64,000 bases of DNA from Vicugna vicugna (GCA_013265495.1 MU057632.1:790054-854053); one strand, 5' to 3'; positions 1 through 13,879 are shown, counted from the first letter of the stretch. Notes: generated from the sequence alone by a model not told the origin. Numbers and translations are program-made.

Positions 1-1444
1 ATGAAGAAATTTGAACTTTCAAAATCAACCTACAGTAACAGCAAATGAATTACCTGGTTAAGATGCATCTACTCAATATGCATGTAAGAAAAATGTACAT
101 AAAACTGAAACCCTTTTCTACTTAATGACAGGTAAAACAATGCTGCTTCCAAAGAACACACAAATTAGTTTACTTCTTTTGGCATAGTCCAGTTTCATAA
201 TTTCTATGATGTGTTTCACAACTGTAATATACTATTAAAATAAGTGTGCAACTGTCTAAACAATAACTAATATAACAGAAAATTATTAAAATAACATTTT
301 CACTTTTTATATGAATTACATCTAATAATTAAGGTGAGTGCTAATAGTTCCATAAAAATCAGATTTTGTGTGACTTTGCAATCAAACTGCTCTCGTCAAC
401 ATTTAAAAAGGAAAGCACAGGTCATTTATTTGAGCATTTTTAAACAGAAACTTAAAAATACAGTTGACTAGAGATACTCCTTAAATAGCCCCTACCACTT
501 GGTTACAATAATTATTTTACATTTTATTAGTGAGACAGGAAAACAAAATGCAACAAATGCTACTTATTCTCGGTTTCTGTTCAAATCATCTAGTCCCCTT
601 GAACTCTAATTGCCTTTCATTCTCCACTTGTGTAAATTACATGGTTTTTATGATAAAGGAAATTATATTTACAGAAAAGACAGTACAATGTGTTTTGTTA
701 TGATTCAAACTTGCTTCCGAAAGTTAAAAGAGTTAATGCACTTAAGAAATATTATCTTAAAGGCATATAAACTAGAAATTTATTATGATAATAATGTTTT
801 CTCACCTTGAAGTCATTTAATTTCTGGTTCTGTTTTGATCTTCTTATATCATTATTTCGATGCCCCCAAACTACATTCATGGGCTCTTTAAAACTGTCCA
901 AGAAATGTAGCAGAGAGGGAAAAATTGGCTTACTTTTAGAATGAATAATTTAAAATATGCCTATAAAGCAGTTTGTGAATCCTAAAAAGATATGGGCTCT
1001 CAGTTTCCAACACAAAAGAGGGAAGTGAAAGGTAAATGGCCTGGTATGAACACTGCTATTTCCTCGGTTAACTTTTCAACCCCAAGATCGTGTTATCTGT
1101 ACTCAAAGACACTGGCTTTGCTTTCTCCAACTGCATAATTTGAAGAGCAAGCCAGGTATCAGAGATTTAGCTGAGTGGCACAAAATCGGGTCATCAGAGG
1201 AGGTGGGAACCCTATGTGGACCTCCTGGTGTTGCGAGTGGTGGGTGTCACAGCAACAGGGGGCATGGGCTGTGGAGTCAGAATCCAGCTCCGTCTGGAGG
1301 CATCCTCTTGGCCCCTCTGCTCTCTCTCTGTCTAAGGTGCCATTAGACCTCACTTAGGGCAGTGCGCTGTTGTTACCATAATTACGTGCATCATGGGCAC
1401 TCAGTAACACTGAATGAGGGAGAGCCTGCAGAGCAAAGGGGTGA

Positions 1445-1640
1445 AGAATATGGTCTTTGGAGTGAGGCTCACTTCCAGTTCCCATGACTGAAATGGGGCC
1501 AATTTTTAATCTTTCTAAGCTTCAGCATTCTCAGTTGGAAAATGATACTACTAGTCATGTCTCACGTTGTTGTAAAAATTTAATAAGATAAATATGTAAC
1601 ATGCTCAGTCAAGTCACTGACATGAGTAAGTGCCCAATGC
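1445..1640 (+). mobile_element. MIR SINE
   Basis: Degenerate MIR core (ctttctaagcttcagcattctcagttggaaaatg...gttgttgtaaaaatttaataagataaatatgtaacatgct). Confidence 0.55.
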
Positions 1641-1755
1641 ATTCTACTGACCATTAAACGTGTTGATGGCATTTTACACCTCTCTGTATGTGCTTTGCAA
1701 AAATATGCTTTATAAAATATATGCTGGAAAATTATATACTGGTCTCCTTCAGTGA

Positions 1756-2000
1756 GGGTGAACAACCATTACCGTCTGCCCAGAGCTGTCCTGGTTTTAG
1801 CAATGAAAATCTTGCATCTTGTGCAACCTCTTTTGGTTTAGGGGGTGGTAATTAGGTTTATTTCTTTCTTTATTTAATGGAGGTACTGGGGATTGAACCC
1901 AGGACCTCGTGCACGCTAAGCATGCACTCTGCACTGGGCTATACCCTCCCTCCTTGTGCAATCTCTTAATCCTCGACAACCTGGGGCCACTGTTCATCTA
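1756..2000. mobile_element. MER94-like hAT MITE interrupted by the SINE
   Basis: agggtgaacaacc...ctgtcctggttttagcaatgaaa resembles the MER94 consensus as recalled; the remainder continues after the SINE TSD. Confidence 0.5.
1833..1952 (-). mobile_element. tRNA-Ala-derived camelid SINE (Vic-1 type)
   Basis: Reverse complement shows GGGAGGGTATAGC...GCTTAGC...GGTCCTGGGTTCAATCCCCAGTACCTCCA plus an A-rich tail; 15-bp TSD cttgtgcaa(c/t)ctctt at 1818 and 1953. Confidence 0.88.
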
Positions 2001-2540
2001 CAATTCATTAAAAAAGAACTCTCACTTGGGGCACCTTCATCTGTACCATTAGTGAGGCGTGGCGTGGCCCAGTCCCCATCTACCCAGGGAGTCCTCAAGA
2101 TAACTTAATTCTCCGATAGGATCGACCTCAGAAAAGATCAGCTCACAGCAGCAGGGTTTCTATGCAAAACAAAACATCTGCTTTTTCACAGGGTAGGTGA
2201 GCCTAAAATGTGACTTTAAAGAAACTTCTGGAATTTGCTTCTATGCTGTCTGGGCTTTTCATGGCCAAGCTGTGCTCCCTGACCTCCCAGAGGAGACGGA
2301 CAGCATCCCCTGCAGCTCTCTGCTCGCCTTGGGTGCATTTGGGACGTGCCTCTTTGGTTGTTTTCAGCCACGTGGTCTAGTCTATGATACTTATCCACAT
2401 CCTGTGTCCAAGGAAGACTTGGCAGAGTGATGACACAGGACGCAGTGACCTTGTGTCTATGAAACAACCTGACACGCTCTGTAGGGAGGCTGTAAAGGCG
2501 CACACTTCATACACTTGAGGTTGTACTGCTTAGGGATTTC

Positions 2541-2623
2541 TTTTTAGAAGAGACACTGGGGATTGAACCCAGGACCTCATGCATGCTAAGCACGTGCTCT
2601 ACCACTGAGCTCTACTCTCCCCC
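2541..2623 (-). mobile_element. Vic-1-type SINE, short form
   Basis: ctggggattgaacccaggacctcatgcatgctaagcacgtgctctaccactgagct is the reverse complement of the tRNA-like head. Confidence 0.82.
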
Positions 2624-4150
2624 GTATTCTGTTTTATTTTGATTAGCAAATCATAGCTTTTGGTTAGTAATAATATGGATGAAAATTCTCTCAAATGAAG
2701 AATTACTACATTTTTTTTCTTCCTGTTGGCTAACTGAATTAGGTCATGATCCATTTCCAATATAAAATTTTAATGTTTTTATCATACTAAAATTTATCTT
2801 TCAAATCTAAATAAATTCTTCTGAATAGAAGTACAATCACAATATTGGCCATTTTTGGACCACTGAACCTAAATTTGTTTCTGATACCTGAATTAAAAAT
2901 GCAGAATGGCCAGAAATCTATGCAAAATCTAGGGCCCCAAACATCTTGATCTCCTTGAATAACATTTTATTTTTTTAATAACTATATATTTATTGATTAG
3001 GATGTCAGACACTTTGCCAAAAAAATGTGTTTTGTGCCAGAATATAAATAAATTTTTCTAAGTTCAAACTAAGTAATTGAATATTATCTCCCATGTTCAC
3101 TCTGTGACATTGAGATACATAGCACGTACCTCAATATACTAGGAGTTCAGGCTAAATCCTTGGGATTTAGGCCTATTAAAATAGGACACACTAACATATA
3201 GAGGGAGGGGGTCAAAAGTAAGAGCTTTGGGCTCGTGGTCTATGTCTCATCAGCAGTGTGAATGGGTGAATCTCTCAGTCTCTAAATCTGGGTTTCATCT
3301 TTCACAAAACAAGGGTGATGCTACTCGCAGGACTGACTTTTAGGGTTACTATAAATAACAAATTAATTCAGTCACTCATCCACAAATATTGAGCACCTGT
3401 ACTTTGAGTAAATTATACAGCACTATATAATTTTTTAGTATTAGTAATACTATTATTTCATTAAGCAGAAAGCTCATACTCACATATTTAATTATCAAGC
3501 CACCAGTAACACTAAATATGGTGGCACATGAGAGTGGGATGAGGTCTGTGTCTGAGACTCACATCCAAAGACCAAAAGTCAAATGTGATCCAAAGGACCA
3601 GAGGGGAGGAGGCCAGCAAGGTGCCAACAGAGCAGGCTGAGTGGTTTTCCCCCTGTGTCCCTCAGGAGGACAGGGCTGATGGGTAATGCAGGACTTTCAA
3701 GGCCAAGAGGAGTAACATTCAGGTAGCTACTTAGATGCATGACTGCAGGGGCCAGACCTTCATGAGGCTACTGCTGTTTAGAAGGAAATTCCAGGAATCT
3801 TCTACTTCTTAGAGTTAAACCCTTTCTCTATGAGAGCAGGGGAGCGCCAACAGACAAAAACATAGACAAATATGCTATCATTTTCCTAAGAGAACTGTCT
3901 TCTAGCTGTCAGGGTAGCCAAACAATTTTTGAAGCAAAAATACTCTTAATTTGAATCTTTTCCTCTTTGATGTGAACTCCTCACAGTACAAAATAATCCA
4001 TGCCAACTGCCTTACAAAATCATTGCCAGGAAAAACACTACCTGTAAAAGTAAGTTTGCTTGTCATTTCAATAAATACAGTTACACAGCTCACATATTAC
4101 CAAAGAAAAGGAACAATATGAAATTGTTAAAAAGTTACATTAATATTTAC

Positions 4151-4180
4151 CTTTTGTGGATGAGTTATATTTTTCTTGTT
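4151..4180 (-). CDS. RIMS1: RIMS1 optional 30-nt microexon: (E)QEKYNSSTK
   Basis: tgaag|AA CAA GAA AAA TAT AAC TCA TCC ACA AAA G|gtaaat; phase 1-1, in frame with the upstream exon; matches an insert I recall from some RIM1 isoforms. Confidence 0.82.
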
Positions 4181-7100
4181 CTTCAATGAATTAAATGCAC
4201 ATAATGATGGAAACAAAAGAAAGAAATCAGCAGGTTTATAGTTAGACATGGAAACGTGAATCAACACAATGGCATGAATAATAAAAATGCATAATGTATA
4301 ACGTGACATAATTGCATGACAAATATGGTACTAAAATTAATCAAAGAAAGAATGAATACAATAATTTAAAGATTTGAAATAAAAACAGAAACATTGGGAA
4401 ATTAATATATTTGACATTTGAACACTGTATTTTTGTGGTATTTTTTCTTGCCTTTAAGAATTGCAAAATATTTCAGCACCCACTTTACTAAGATATTTTA
4501 ATTTTAAACCATTGTGACTTTTTATTGCAAATGAATTTAAAAGCATATTTAACATTCATAAGTGGCATTTTCATTTCCAAAATGACAGCATTTTAGATAA
4601 TTTGAAATTTCATATAATAAATGAGAAAGATAAATTCCTTTTTTTTTTTTTGCTAGATAGTAGGCATTTTCTTTTCACTGTGAAAAATATTCTGTAACAT
4701 TTTCCGCATGGAAAAAAATATATTCTCACTTAAGTGGTCCTTTCTTCCGTCTCAAATTTGTATTAAAATATCTCAAAGTGAAATTGTTCTTTGGGGACAA
4801 TACTTCTTAGACATTTCTTAAGCTTTTAGTGACCTCCTTGTTGGTACATTGTTTTACTGAGAAATAATGGCCTATCTAGGTATTTCTTAAGGGAATGCCA
4901 TTAGAGTTTTAGGTCGTTAACAACAGAACGCATAATACATAACTGGCACATCAGGTGTTAGTTTATGAATGATCCTTAAATACATCTTTTAAAGAAGTCT
5001 AGGCTGCACACACACATAAAAATCACTTGACTGGCTTCAGAAAATCACACATTTTATGCAACAAATTGTGTTGTTTTCAGTCTCACTCTCCACAAGGACT
5101 ACATTGGCATAAACCCAGAGAAATTTCTTTCAAGTCTTTGCTCTCCATTATCACATACCATCAGAGTTACCTAAATTTTAAGGCTACTTTTTCAGTTACT
5201 TTACCTCAAAATCTATATTGTAATCACTCCTCTTCTTTTTCCCTAACTCTACTTTAACATAATCAGATGCCATGGAGCAAACAGGCTACCATTCCTAATT
5301 TTTAAAAGAAACTTTAAAATACTTTTTTCAAAAATTAAGTAAACATGTCTTTTCAAATTATATGTTAGCTTTCAAAATAATATATATTGCCTTTATCATA
5401 CAAAGAGAAGAGTAGTAAAACTAAATTACATTAAAAAAACCCCATGCATCCAAACAATTTAATCATCCCAGTATTCATCCTAAACAAAGTAATGCAGATA
5501 ACTGTCTCCAGAAACTGTGTATGAATGGAATTATTTCATAAGTTCATCAAAAAGTTGTATCATTATCCAGGAATCTAAACCATTTGAAATAGTTGCTCTT
5601 ACCAATCAACAGCTTATCAACCCAGTTATTTATTTAAAAAAAGAAAATTATCCTTTGTTAAAAACTAAAAAAAAACAAACATAAAACAAGACCAGAAAGA
5701 AGGAAGTCAAGTAGGATACAGCCTTATCTATTTGCAAACCAACTACATTCTGCATTAATCTTCATAGAAGACAGAAGTAAATTTTAACGTATCAAAAGAA
5801 AATATAATCTCAGATATCAAAGGAAAAAAACGACATGATGCTATAGTCCTAAGAACACCACTGAAATCAATCTTAAAGCTAAATTCTGTCTAGTCCATTA
5901 ATCAAATTAGAAGCTTACTTTTAAACATATTTGAGGACACACAAAGATGTCAGATGAACTTTTCAGTTTGAAATAGATTCATAATAAGATGACGGCAGAC
6001 AGCATCATCCTTTATCAAATGTCCCAAAGCACATATTAACATCATACAGTCAATCGGATGCATTTCAATTATAGACAAATATGTAGATACAACAATACAT
6101 GTATGTTGTCAACTTTTTTTTTAATATGTAGGTACAATAATACATGTATGTTGTATCTGTATGACTCAAGATCAGAAAGTTCAGGAACCTCAAGTAACAA
6201 GCGTTTCCTAATGTATTTGTGATATTAAATATCAAAATAACTCCACCAATTCCATCCTCAGTCATTCCTTTCTTCCCACCTCAATTCAATCCTTACAAAT
6301 TGATGATTTCTCTGAAAGACAACCGTGAGTACAAATATCACAGACAGTAATGCTGATTGATATTAACAATAGAACATGAGCTTTTGAAAAACCAAAATCC
6401 AAAATCCAACCCATCTGATCCTGTAGAAGCAATTCTTATTTCCACAGAATAATAAAAGTGTAATCTCACTGTATGAGAATTATAGGCAGTGCCTTTTATG
6501 CTTACGAGCCTGAAGTGCTTTAGCAGCTGGAGGAAATGCAAAGAATTTTAGGAACACATGACTTTTTGGTTGTCAATCTTTAGCGAAATACGACCAAGGA
6601 TACTACGTTTGCAGCTAAACATGAGAATCTGTTGTTTTAGTTGTGCAACAGGAGTTCATGAATGGATAATTTCAATAAACACCAAATTTCATTTTTAAAG
6701 TATATTTTAAAATAATTTCATCTAAGCTTTTACTGATGACAGTTTTAAAAAATTAATAATGAATTATCTTCTCAAAATGTTCCCAGAGAAAAAGTTCGTT
6801 AAACACATGAATAGAGAATTCCAATGAATTAATTGCTATTTTAGAAAAGAAAGTCAGAGTTTCACATAGCCTCATATTTTCCTGATTAACTAAATGAAGA
6901 CCCTTATAATAACCTGGAATATTAAAGCAAGATATATCAATGAGATGCATGATTTTAAAAAGTAATACAAATCCAGAGTTATTGGAGCAGCATTTTTCTA
7001 TCAGTAAGTTGATACTTCTTTAAACCTAATTTTTCTATAACCAAGTACTGTCTGACAAACTCTGCTGTATCAGTCTTTGAAACGAGGTATTTATCTTCTT

Positions 7101-8112
7101 AGACCCTTCACATTTCTGTGATACATTCAGTAAAGCACTTCCAGTGAGTAAAACACAAGTACCCCACGCCTTCAGTACAGAAGGAAATATACAAGGTTTA
7201 CATCTGCAACAACCAACACTGTTGGAAAAAATATTCAAAATGTTAACCTTTCAGTTGTTTCGTAGGGATGGAGATTTTCAATCCAAATATAAGTCCGCCA
7301 CATTTATATTATAACCCCAAATTAAACATCATTTCACCAGACTGCTTAACAAATCTCTGGTAAGATTTATGTGATAACATATACTGATAACAAGTCATTT
7401 CACCTACTGAGAAATGGGACAGCACCTTGGGTTACATGAAGAAAACAGTGATCCATTTAAGCCAGTATTTAAATCATCTACCTAGGTAGTTTAGCGCATT
7501 TAATTTCCACTAGCAAAACACTCTTTCCCTCCACACCCCCCAAATCCAGTGCCCTCTTTTTTTCTAGGAGAATAAAACATAATGTGTATATGCTTAAAAT
7601 GAGGGAAATTTTAAGTGACTTTTACTGTTAAAAAAAAACAGTAAGATGTGTGCTCTAAGTAATTTTTCATCATCAAACCTACATAAAAAGTACAAGATAT
7701 TGCAGATGAGTTAAAATAAAAATACTAGCAAAGCCTTTAATATAATCAAGCATTTCATTTGAAAATATTTTTAAAACAAGGTTAAATAAGTCTTCTTTTA
7801 ACACATAAAATACCATATTGTACTGAAGGTTTTTAAATTTTATTTTCTTTCTTTGTACCTTTGGAAAAAGTATCCCCAGGGCTCAATCTGTTCTTTGAAT
7901 CAACCTTCATTCATTCACTCCCTCAGCAGAAACAGGGTATATACCGTGAACTGTTAAAATTAGGTGCTGGGAATAAAATTCTAAGAATCTTGAATTCCTA
8001 GGATTCATTAAACTACATATAAAATGAAAACACTACTCTTTCAATAAAAAGGTATAAAAAGAGGTGGCTCTCAAATCCAAGACTTTGGCAAAGATCTCTC
8101 TTTATGGGATAC

Positions 8113-8225
8113 CTTGTTCTATACTGCCACTTCTCACGGGCACTTGTGGGAGCTGCCTTCCCCTGCGACTGCTGAAGGCTGTGTCTGCGGGCGGAGACTG
8201 GGCTGGGCTTCCTTGACGGTGCATT
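8113..8225 (-). CDS. RIMS1: RIMS1 exon (113 nt): (R)MHRQGSPAQSPPADTAFSSRRGRQLPQVPVRSGSIEQ, with the RIM-BP SH3-binding motif RQLPQVP (8138-8158)
   Basis: tgcag|A ATG CAC CGT CAA...GAA CAA G|gtatcc. Confidence 0.96.
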
Positions 8226-9317
8226 CTGCAGGGGAAAAAACAAAGCAGGGCAAATGAAACGATGAAATCCCAAGAGGACCCGACAAAAATCTTTTCCTTC
8301 TATCTGTTACTATTAAGACAGACATAAAACTCCTAAGCGGGCCTTTGGAAGCAAAATCAAATACTTCTTACGTGTAAAAGGAATATTACAAAAAAGGACT
8401 AAAAGATGCGGGACTGTCTGCTACATGTATTTCTTCAGAATGAATTCCTGAACGGGGCAGAAACAAACTCAGTTCTTTACATTAACTTTCTACAAAGCTG
8501 TGGCTTTCTGTTAAGTTATCTCCTTTTGGTAGGCTCAACCTAAAATATCTACTTACAGCCTCTGAGTCTTCACAACATGGGTAAATTATTTAAGAAAGGC
8601 CGTTGCCTAAATTGCAACTATTAAATCTGTATTTATAGCTAGAATTATTTATCAGTGATAAGAATAGTTCTAGCTGCAGACTTTTATAACTTATTATTCA
8701 CTTGTACTTTATTTTTAAATAGGAAAAACCTTGAAAGATACTTTAAAAAAATAACCATGGGCACATACTATGAAATATACTGGTGCAAAGATCAAAATTG
8801 TAAAAACAAATTTAAGAAGTGTGGAGATACATTACTACTATACAGGAATCAGCTGACCTCCATCTGCTGGCATTCAATTTTTTTTTTTTTACTTAAGAAC
8901 TCTAAAACGCTAAGAGTTTATTGAACAAAGATGAAAAGCATTTTGTTTCTAATTCCTCTTACAACACTTTTTTAAAGCAAATACACATTTAATTCCAGGT
9001 AATTTCTTATAAAGAATTTCACATAATTAAAAAAATATATATGTATATATGAATATGCCACAAACAGATGGAAGGACATAACACAGCCAAATTTAATTTT
9101 CAATGGTAGCTAATTGGCAGGAACTAGAGAATACCACCAGCACAGTGAAGAGAGATGCAGGTAAGAGAGGAGGTGGGAGAGGTTTAAGTGTCACAAAGAA
9201 AGGGTTAAGAGTTATGGTGTCGTAATGAGTGAAAGCATCGCGTGCTCAGGAAGGTACAACACCACACCGACACCCGGAGGCAGGACACGGATGCTGGGCT
9301 GGACACTGAATAGCGAC

Positions 9318-9500
9318 CTTGTCAGAAGCGGAGAAGGTGGCGCCGACCCTCCGGGGGCAAGGTGGTAGGTAGAACACAGTGTTCTGACACTAGGGTGCTC
9401 ACTCGACCTGGAGCGAGCGGGATGCTTTCCCCTAAGGACTGGCTGATCAGTCGCTCTTGGGGCTGCGTATCCCCTTCTAGAAAGACATGGTGGGAGAACC
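9318..9500 (-). CDS. RIMS1: RIMS1 cassette exon (183 nt): (R)VLPPCLSRRGYAAPRATDQPVLRGKHPARSRSSEHPSVRTLCSTYHLAPGGSAPPSPLLT
   Basis: tttag|G GTT CTC CCA CCA TGT...CTG ACA AG|gtcgct (weak donor); phase 2-2. Confidence 0.92.
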
Positions 9501-11408
9501 CTAAAACATTAGGGTCAGAAAAGATCCTCAGTCAGCAGGTTCACATAATAACTTTGATACCCCAACACATTTTGTCCAAGGAAAATCTGGTTACTCTTAA
9601 CAAGACAGTGATTTTAAAACCCAGAAGAAAACCCATCACACGGTTACTGAAATGGAATTCAAACCAAACTGACGAGTTCTCGCAGAGAGGCATGCCGTGT
9701 GGTTTTAAGAGGGCACGTGTAGAGCCCCCCCAGTGTAATGAACCTCTTTTAAGCTCCACGAGGGCAGAGACTTCTGTCTGTTGTCTCCGACTGAGCTGTA
9801 TCTCTAGTGCCTAGAACACAGCTGCACAGAGAACAAGCCCTCAGGAAAGGTATCTCGATTGAATGCGTGAGCACAATCAGAATAATGAACCCCAGGATAC
9901 TCCAAGTACTTGCCTGCAAGAAACAATGCCCTGGGGGAACTCTGCGTGTAATTTTACAGTGTTCATAAATTTACTCTGCAATAAGGAAGTCTCTTCCAAA
10001 CAGGTAGCTAAAGGGAGATATCTTCTGAGGTTAATTTAAGTAGATACACAAATTAAAATGATATAACAAGATGGGGAATGCTTCATTTTTGAACCGACTA
10101 AATGCAGGTGGCTGATATATGAGTAAAAACATGTCCTCTAAGGTCTAAAAGTATCTGAAAGAATATTTGTCCATGCATGGACAGTTACCTTAATACAGAA
10201 TTCAAAACTATTATGAAGCCAATTCGGAGTTAAGGATTGAGAATTAAAAACTGATGTTTATATGTGAAAAAAATATATATATATGTATTTAAAACAGATA
10301 CATGTTTTTGCTTTTTTCATCATTTTCAGCATGTATTTTAAATAAAACGCATATTTAAAATACCTAATCTGTATTATTTTTCACAGTGACAGGAGCCATG
10401 AAATAACACTTCATCCTTTTGAAAACAATGCTGTAAAATTAATTAAGCAGTTTAAAGGGTGTGAGACTAGGGAAGACTCATCAGTCACAGGAAGTATGTT
10501 AATTAGCAGGTGCTCTGTTCAACTTGCGTTCAGATTGACAGTTTTTCCGCTAAGTGAATGACGTTCACAGCTCTTATTATTTTGACACAGGGTATCTCCT
10601 GTATTTCCAAGCAATAAAATGGTAAGATACCAGATTTTAAAGCCAAAAAGGTACAGCTTAGGTCCTCAATGTGCATTTAAATCCCTGAACTCGGGGTTAA
10701 TGCTCTGTCAGACCCCAAGGCAGATCCTGCCACCTGGACTGTCCCTTCGATTTCCAGATTAAAAGAAGACAGCGCTGACAACACCTATCAAATCTGTTCA
10801 TTCATCTTGGGTTGATCTTTCACGTTAACTCAGTTCTACAGAATGAATTTATGCAGGAAGGACTGTGGGATGGAGTCCCTTCCAGTGATAAAGAATGAAT
10901 TTTCATCTGTTATTCTTTCAAAGGCATTATTATAAGAATAAATTTCAACACACTCTTTGCTCAAAAGACATTCTCTAAATGTGGCTTGAAAATCGAATAA
11001 TACCATTTTCACCCGAGGACTGAGAAATTTCACAGATTTTGCAATTTCACTAAAACCTGGTTTCATTCCTTAATGCAGTTCATAAGCACTTAAAAGGACT
11101 TCTTAAACATGACTTGAAATGGAATATTTAGGTTGGCTTTACATGGTACCAAACTAAGTGGCAAAAATATATGATGCAATTTCGAGGCCAACACGTGGCT
11201 TTCTAGATGAATGTTGCACAGATGGAGGCTAAGTCACTTAGCGATCTCACAGCCCGAGCCCTGAGCTTGCAGGGCATGAGAACGACGGGTTCTATGAGAG
11301 GTTAATCATTTAGCACCAGGTCTGTTTTTCCTCTGACATAAACTAAGTCCCTGCATACCAGAATGGTTTCTGCCACCAAACTATTAAAAAAAAAAGCACA
11401 GGCCAAAA

Positions 11409-11480
11409 TAAAAAAGAAAACTATAAAAAAAACTATTTAAAAACTATAAAAAAAACTATTACAGAAACTATTAAAAAAGA
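11409..11480. repeat. Degenerate (AAAACTAT)n A-rich tandem repeat
   Basis: aaactat occurs five times, separated by A-rich spacers. Confidence 0.65.
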
Positions 11481-11864
11481 AAGAGCAGACCAAAGGAGCA
11501 GGGCACAGGAGCCACTCTGCCTGAGGACAAGCGAGATGGGTGGTGGCAAGGCTGAGTCACAGGGAGGGAACCGGAGGAGAGGGAAATGCAGAACCAGGAG
11601 GGAGAGAGACGTGCAAGGATCTGGAGAAAGAGTGATGGAGCAGAGTAAATAATTTGTTTTAGGCAAGAGGGAGGGAGGACTGATCAAGAAAGTCTGAGGG
11701 GCAGGAGTGTAATGTTGAGAGAACCCAGGCTTCCCGGTGAAACGGGGTGTCAGAGGGAAAGAGATGAAGGACCGCCGCATTAGAGGATGGGATGGGGAGG
11801 GATGCAGGATAAAGGAGCGTGACAGCATCAGCTCCTTACGGAGCATCAGTATGGAGCCGGGACT

Positions 11865-12035
11865 AGTGCGCACGCGTGCCCCAGACGTACACACTTCCGT
11901 CCTCTCTTTGCATGCTCACAACAGCTCTGAGAAGTGTTATGACTCCCCGTTTCACAGAGGGAAAAACTGGGGGTCACAGAATGACTTGCGAAGGACAAAA
12001 ATGACAAAGGCTGGACCCAAGCAGGTTTATCACCT
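11865..12035 (-). mobile_element. MIR SINE
   Basis: ctcacaacagctctgagaag...ccccgtttcacagaggggaaaactgggg is a reverse MIR core. Confidence 0.55.
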
Positions 12036-13879
12036 CCAACACTAGCTCCCCTTCCACCTTAGAGATAGGATTTGCTCCCATGTCATCTCACACCCCTGGA
12101 TGTGCTGTTACTCTTGTAAACAAAATGCAAGTATATGTCCAAGTGTCAAATCGTTTGACAAGATTCAACAGAATTGTCTCTTGATAATTTAAAGGAACCA
12201 AAAATATGGAAATTGGTATTTAATGAACATCTACTTTGCTTTTGTGTCCATACATGTTATATTTTTAAACAAAAATAAGGACGTTTCTAGAACAAAATTG
12301 CAATTCAAACCTACATCTGACTTTAGTTCACCATCTCCAAACTCATATTTAAAGATTTCCCACTGAGTTCAATCCACACTTACTCTCTTCACCTGAGACT
12401 CGTGTTTTGACTTTAACTTAAGTAAAACACATTTCCCACCAAAACCGTAGACATTTCTGTTGATGCAAGTCGACCTGTAGTAAATTGCTTCTATTGAGGC
12501 TTAAAATTATAGGTCTGGGTTAAAAAAAATTACTTGTTAAAGGGTAGACATGCATGTGGTATTTAAGGCCAAGTGTCCAAGATAGTTCCCCCAGTCATGG
12601 CCACTTCAGGCCTATGTCGACTATTTCCGATAGCAGCTGTGCAATGTAGGATGCATACTGAAGCAATTCTAAATACTAGTCCTGACAAGGCATCCCCAGG
12701 TAGGACGCAGTGTGCAGGTTCCACAAGAAAGCTACCAGAGGAGGATGCAGCAAGGCGAGCTGAATTCACGCGAGGGTGAAAAGTCTCACTCGTATTTACT
12801 GGGGGCTTCCTCAGAGGGTCTGAAGTCTGCTTTCAATGGCTGGACACCAAATTCAGAAGTCAGTCCTGCCTTTCTTCTGTCCAGAATTGGTCACCATATC
12901 TTTCAAAATATTTTTGTACAAGGCTATGCCTCAAAAGGTCAAATTTTGTGAGGCCAACTAAAGGCCTTTACATTTATGATCATTACACGGCAAATTTTGC
13001 CAGAAGCCAAGGTATGACTGTGGGATGTGATTCCTCTGGGGAAGTTGTTAATTCTCACAGGCCAGGACTCAGTGTCCAAAACTTTAATACGGTGACCTCA
13101 ATTGACCTGTAGTTACATGTCAACTCAGGGTCTCTTTTAAAGAAATGAGAGTAATGTAAACCTAGAAAATGCATGCCAATTCTTCCTTTATAATTAGCTA
13201 TTCAACAACTCACTTAACAGCTAGGCATGCAGTTAATACTCTAATAAAAATCAATGTAGAGATTTAATTATAATCAAGCAAATCCACACACCTAAAAGGT
13301 TTCAGTTTTCTATGTTAAAATCTACAAGCAGAGGAAGTAATAAAAAGAGTAAGATGAATATGGTCCTGAAGCAGCAAACACTTGAGACTGGAAAGCAATC
13401 AAATCCTTGCTATTCCTAGTGGAGGGAGGATTCGTGTTTATCTACAAACATTTTCAGGCTGCAGAGGAAAATGCTCAAATATCTGGAGTTAAACACCTTC
13501 AGCTGACTCTAGAAACGTCGATAACATTTTGTACAACGGTATCCTATTGTCAAAAAAATTTGTTCATTGATACATCCTAAATACACAACTGCACATAGTT
13601 GTCACTCAACTAGTAACTGTGAAATGTAAGGAAGCCAGAATGCACTGTAGAGAATATGAAACTTTAAGGAAAAATTTCAATCTTGTCAAAACAATTGAAA
13701 TTGTGAGTGCATATGATGGGGGCTGTAAATGATGGCTGAAGACTGAAGACGTGTCTAAAGGAGCTCAGATCATTTAAATGCTGGTAAAGAGACTGCAATT
13801 AGCTGTGTTGACAGTAAAGAAAAGAATAGGTAAGCATACTGTTTACGTATTAGTATTGTTTCATTAAATTCTTCCTGTT

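Noticed and set aside
9362..9814. 150-aa plus-strand ORF
   Set aside because: Antisense to a RIMS1 exon and runs into an L2-like fragment; non-ATG start and no recognisable protein.
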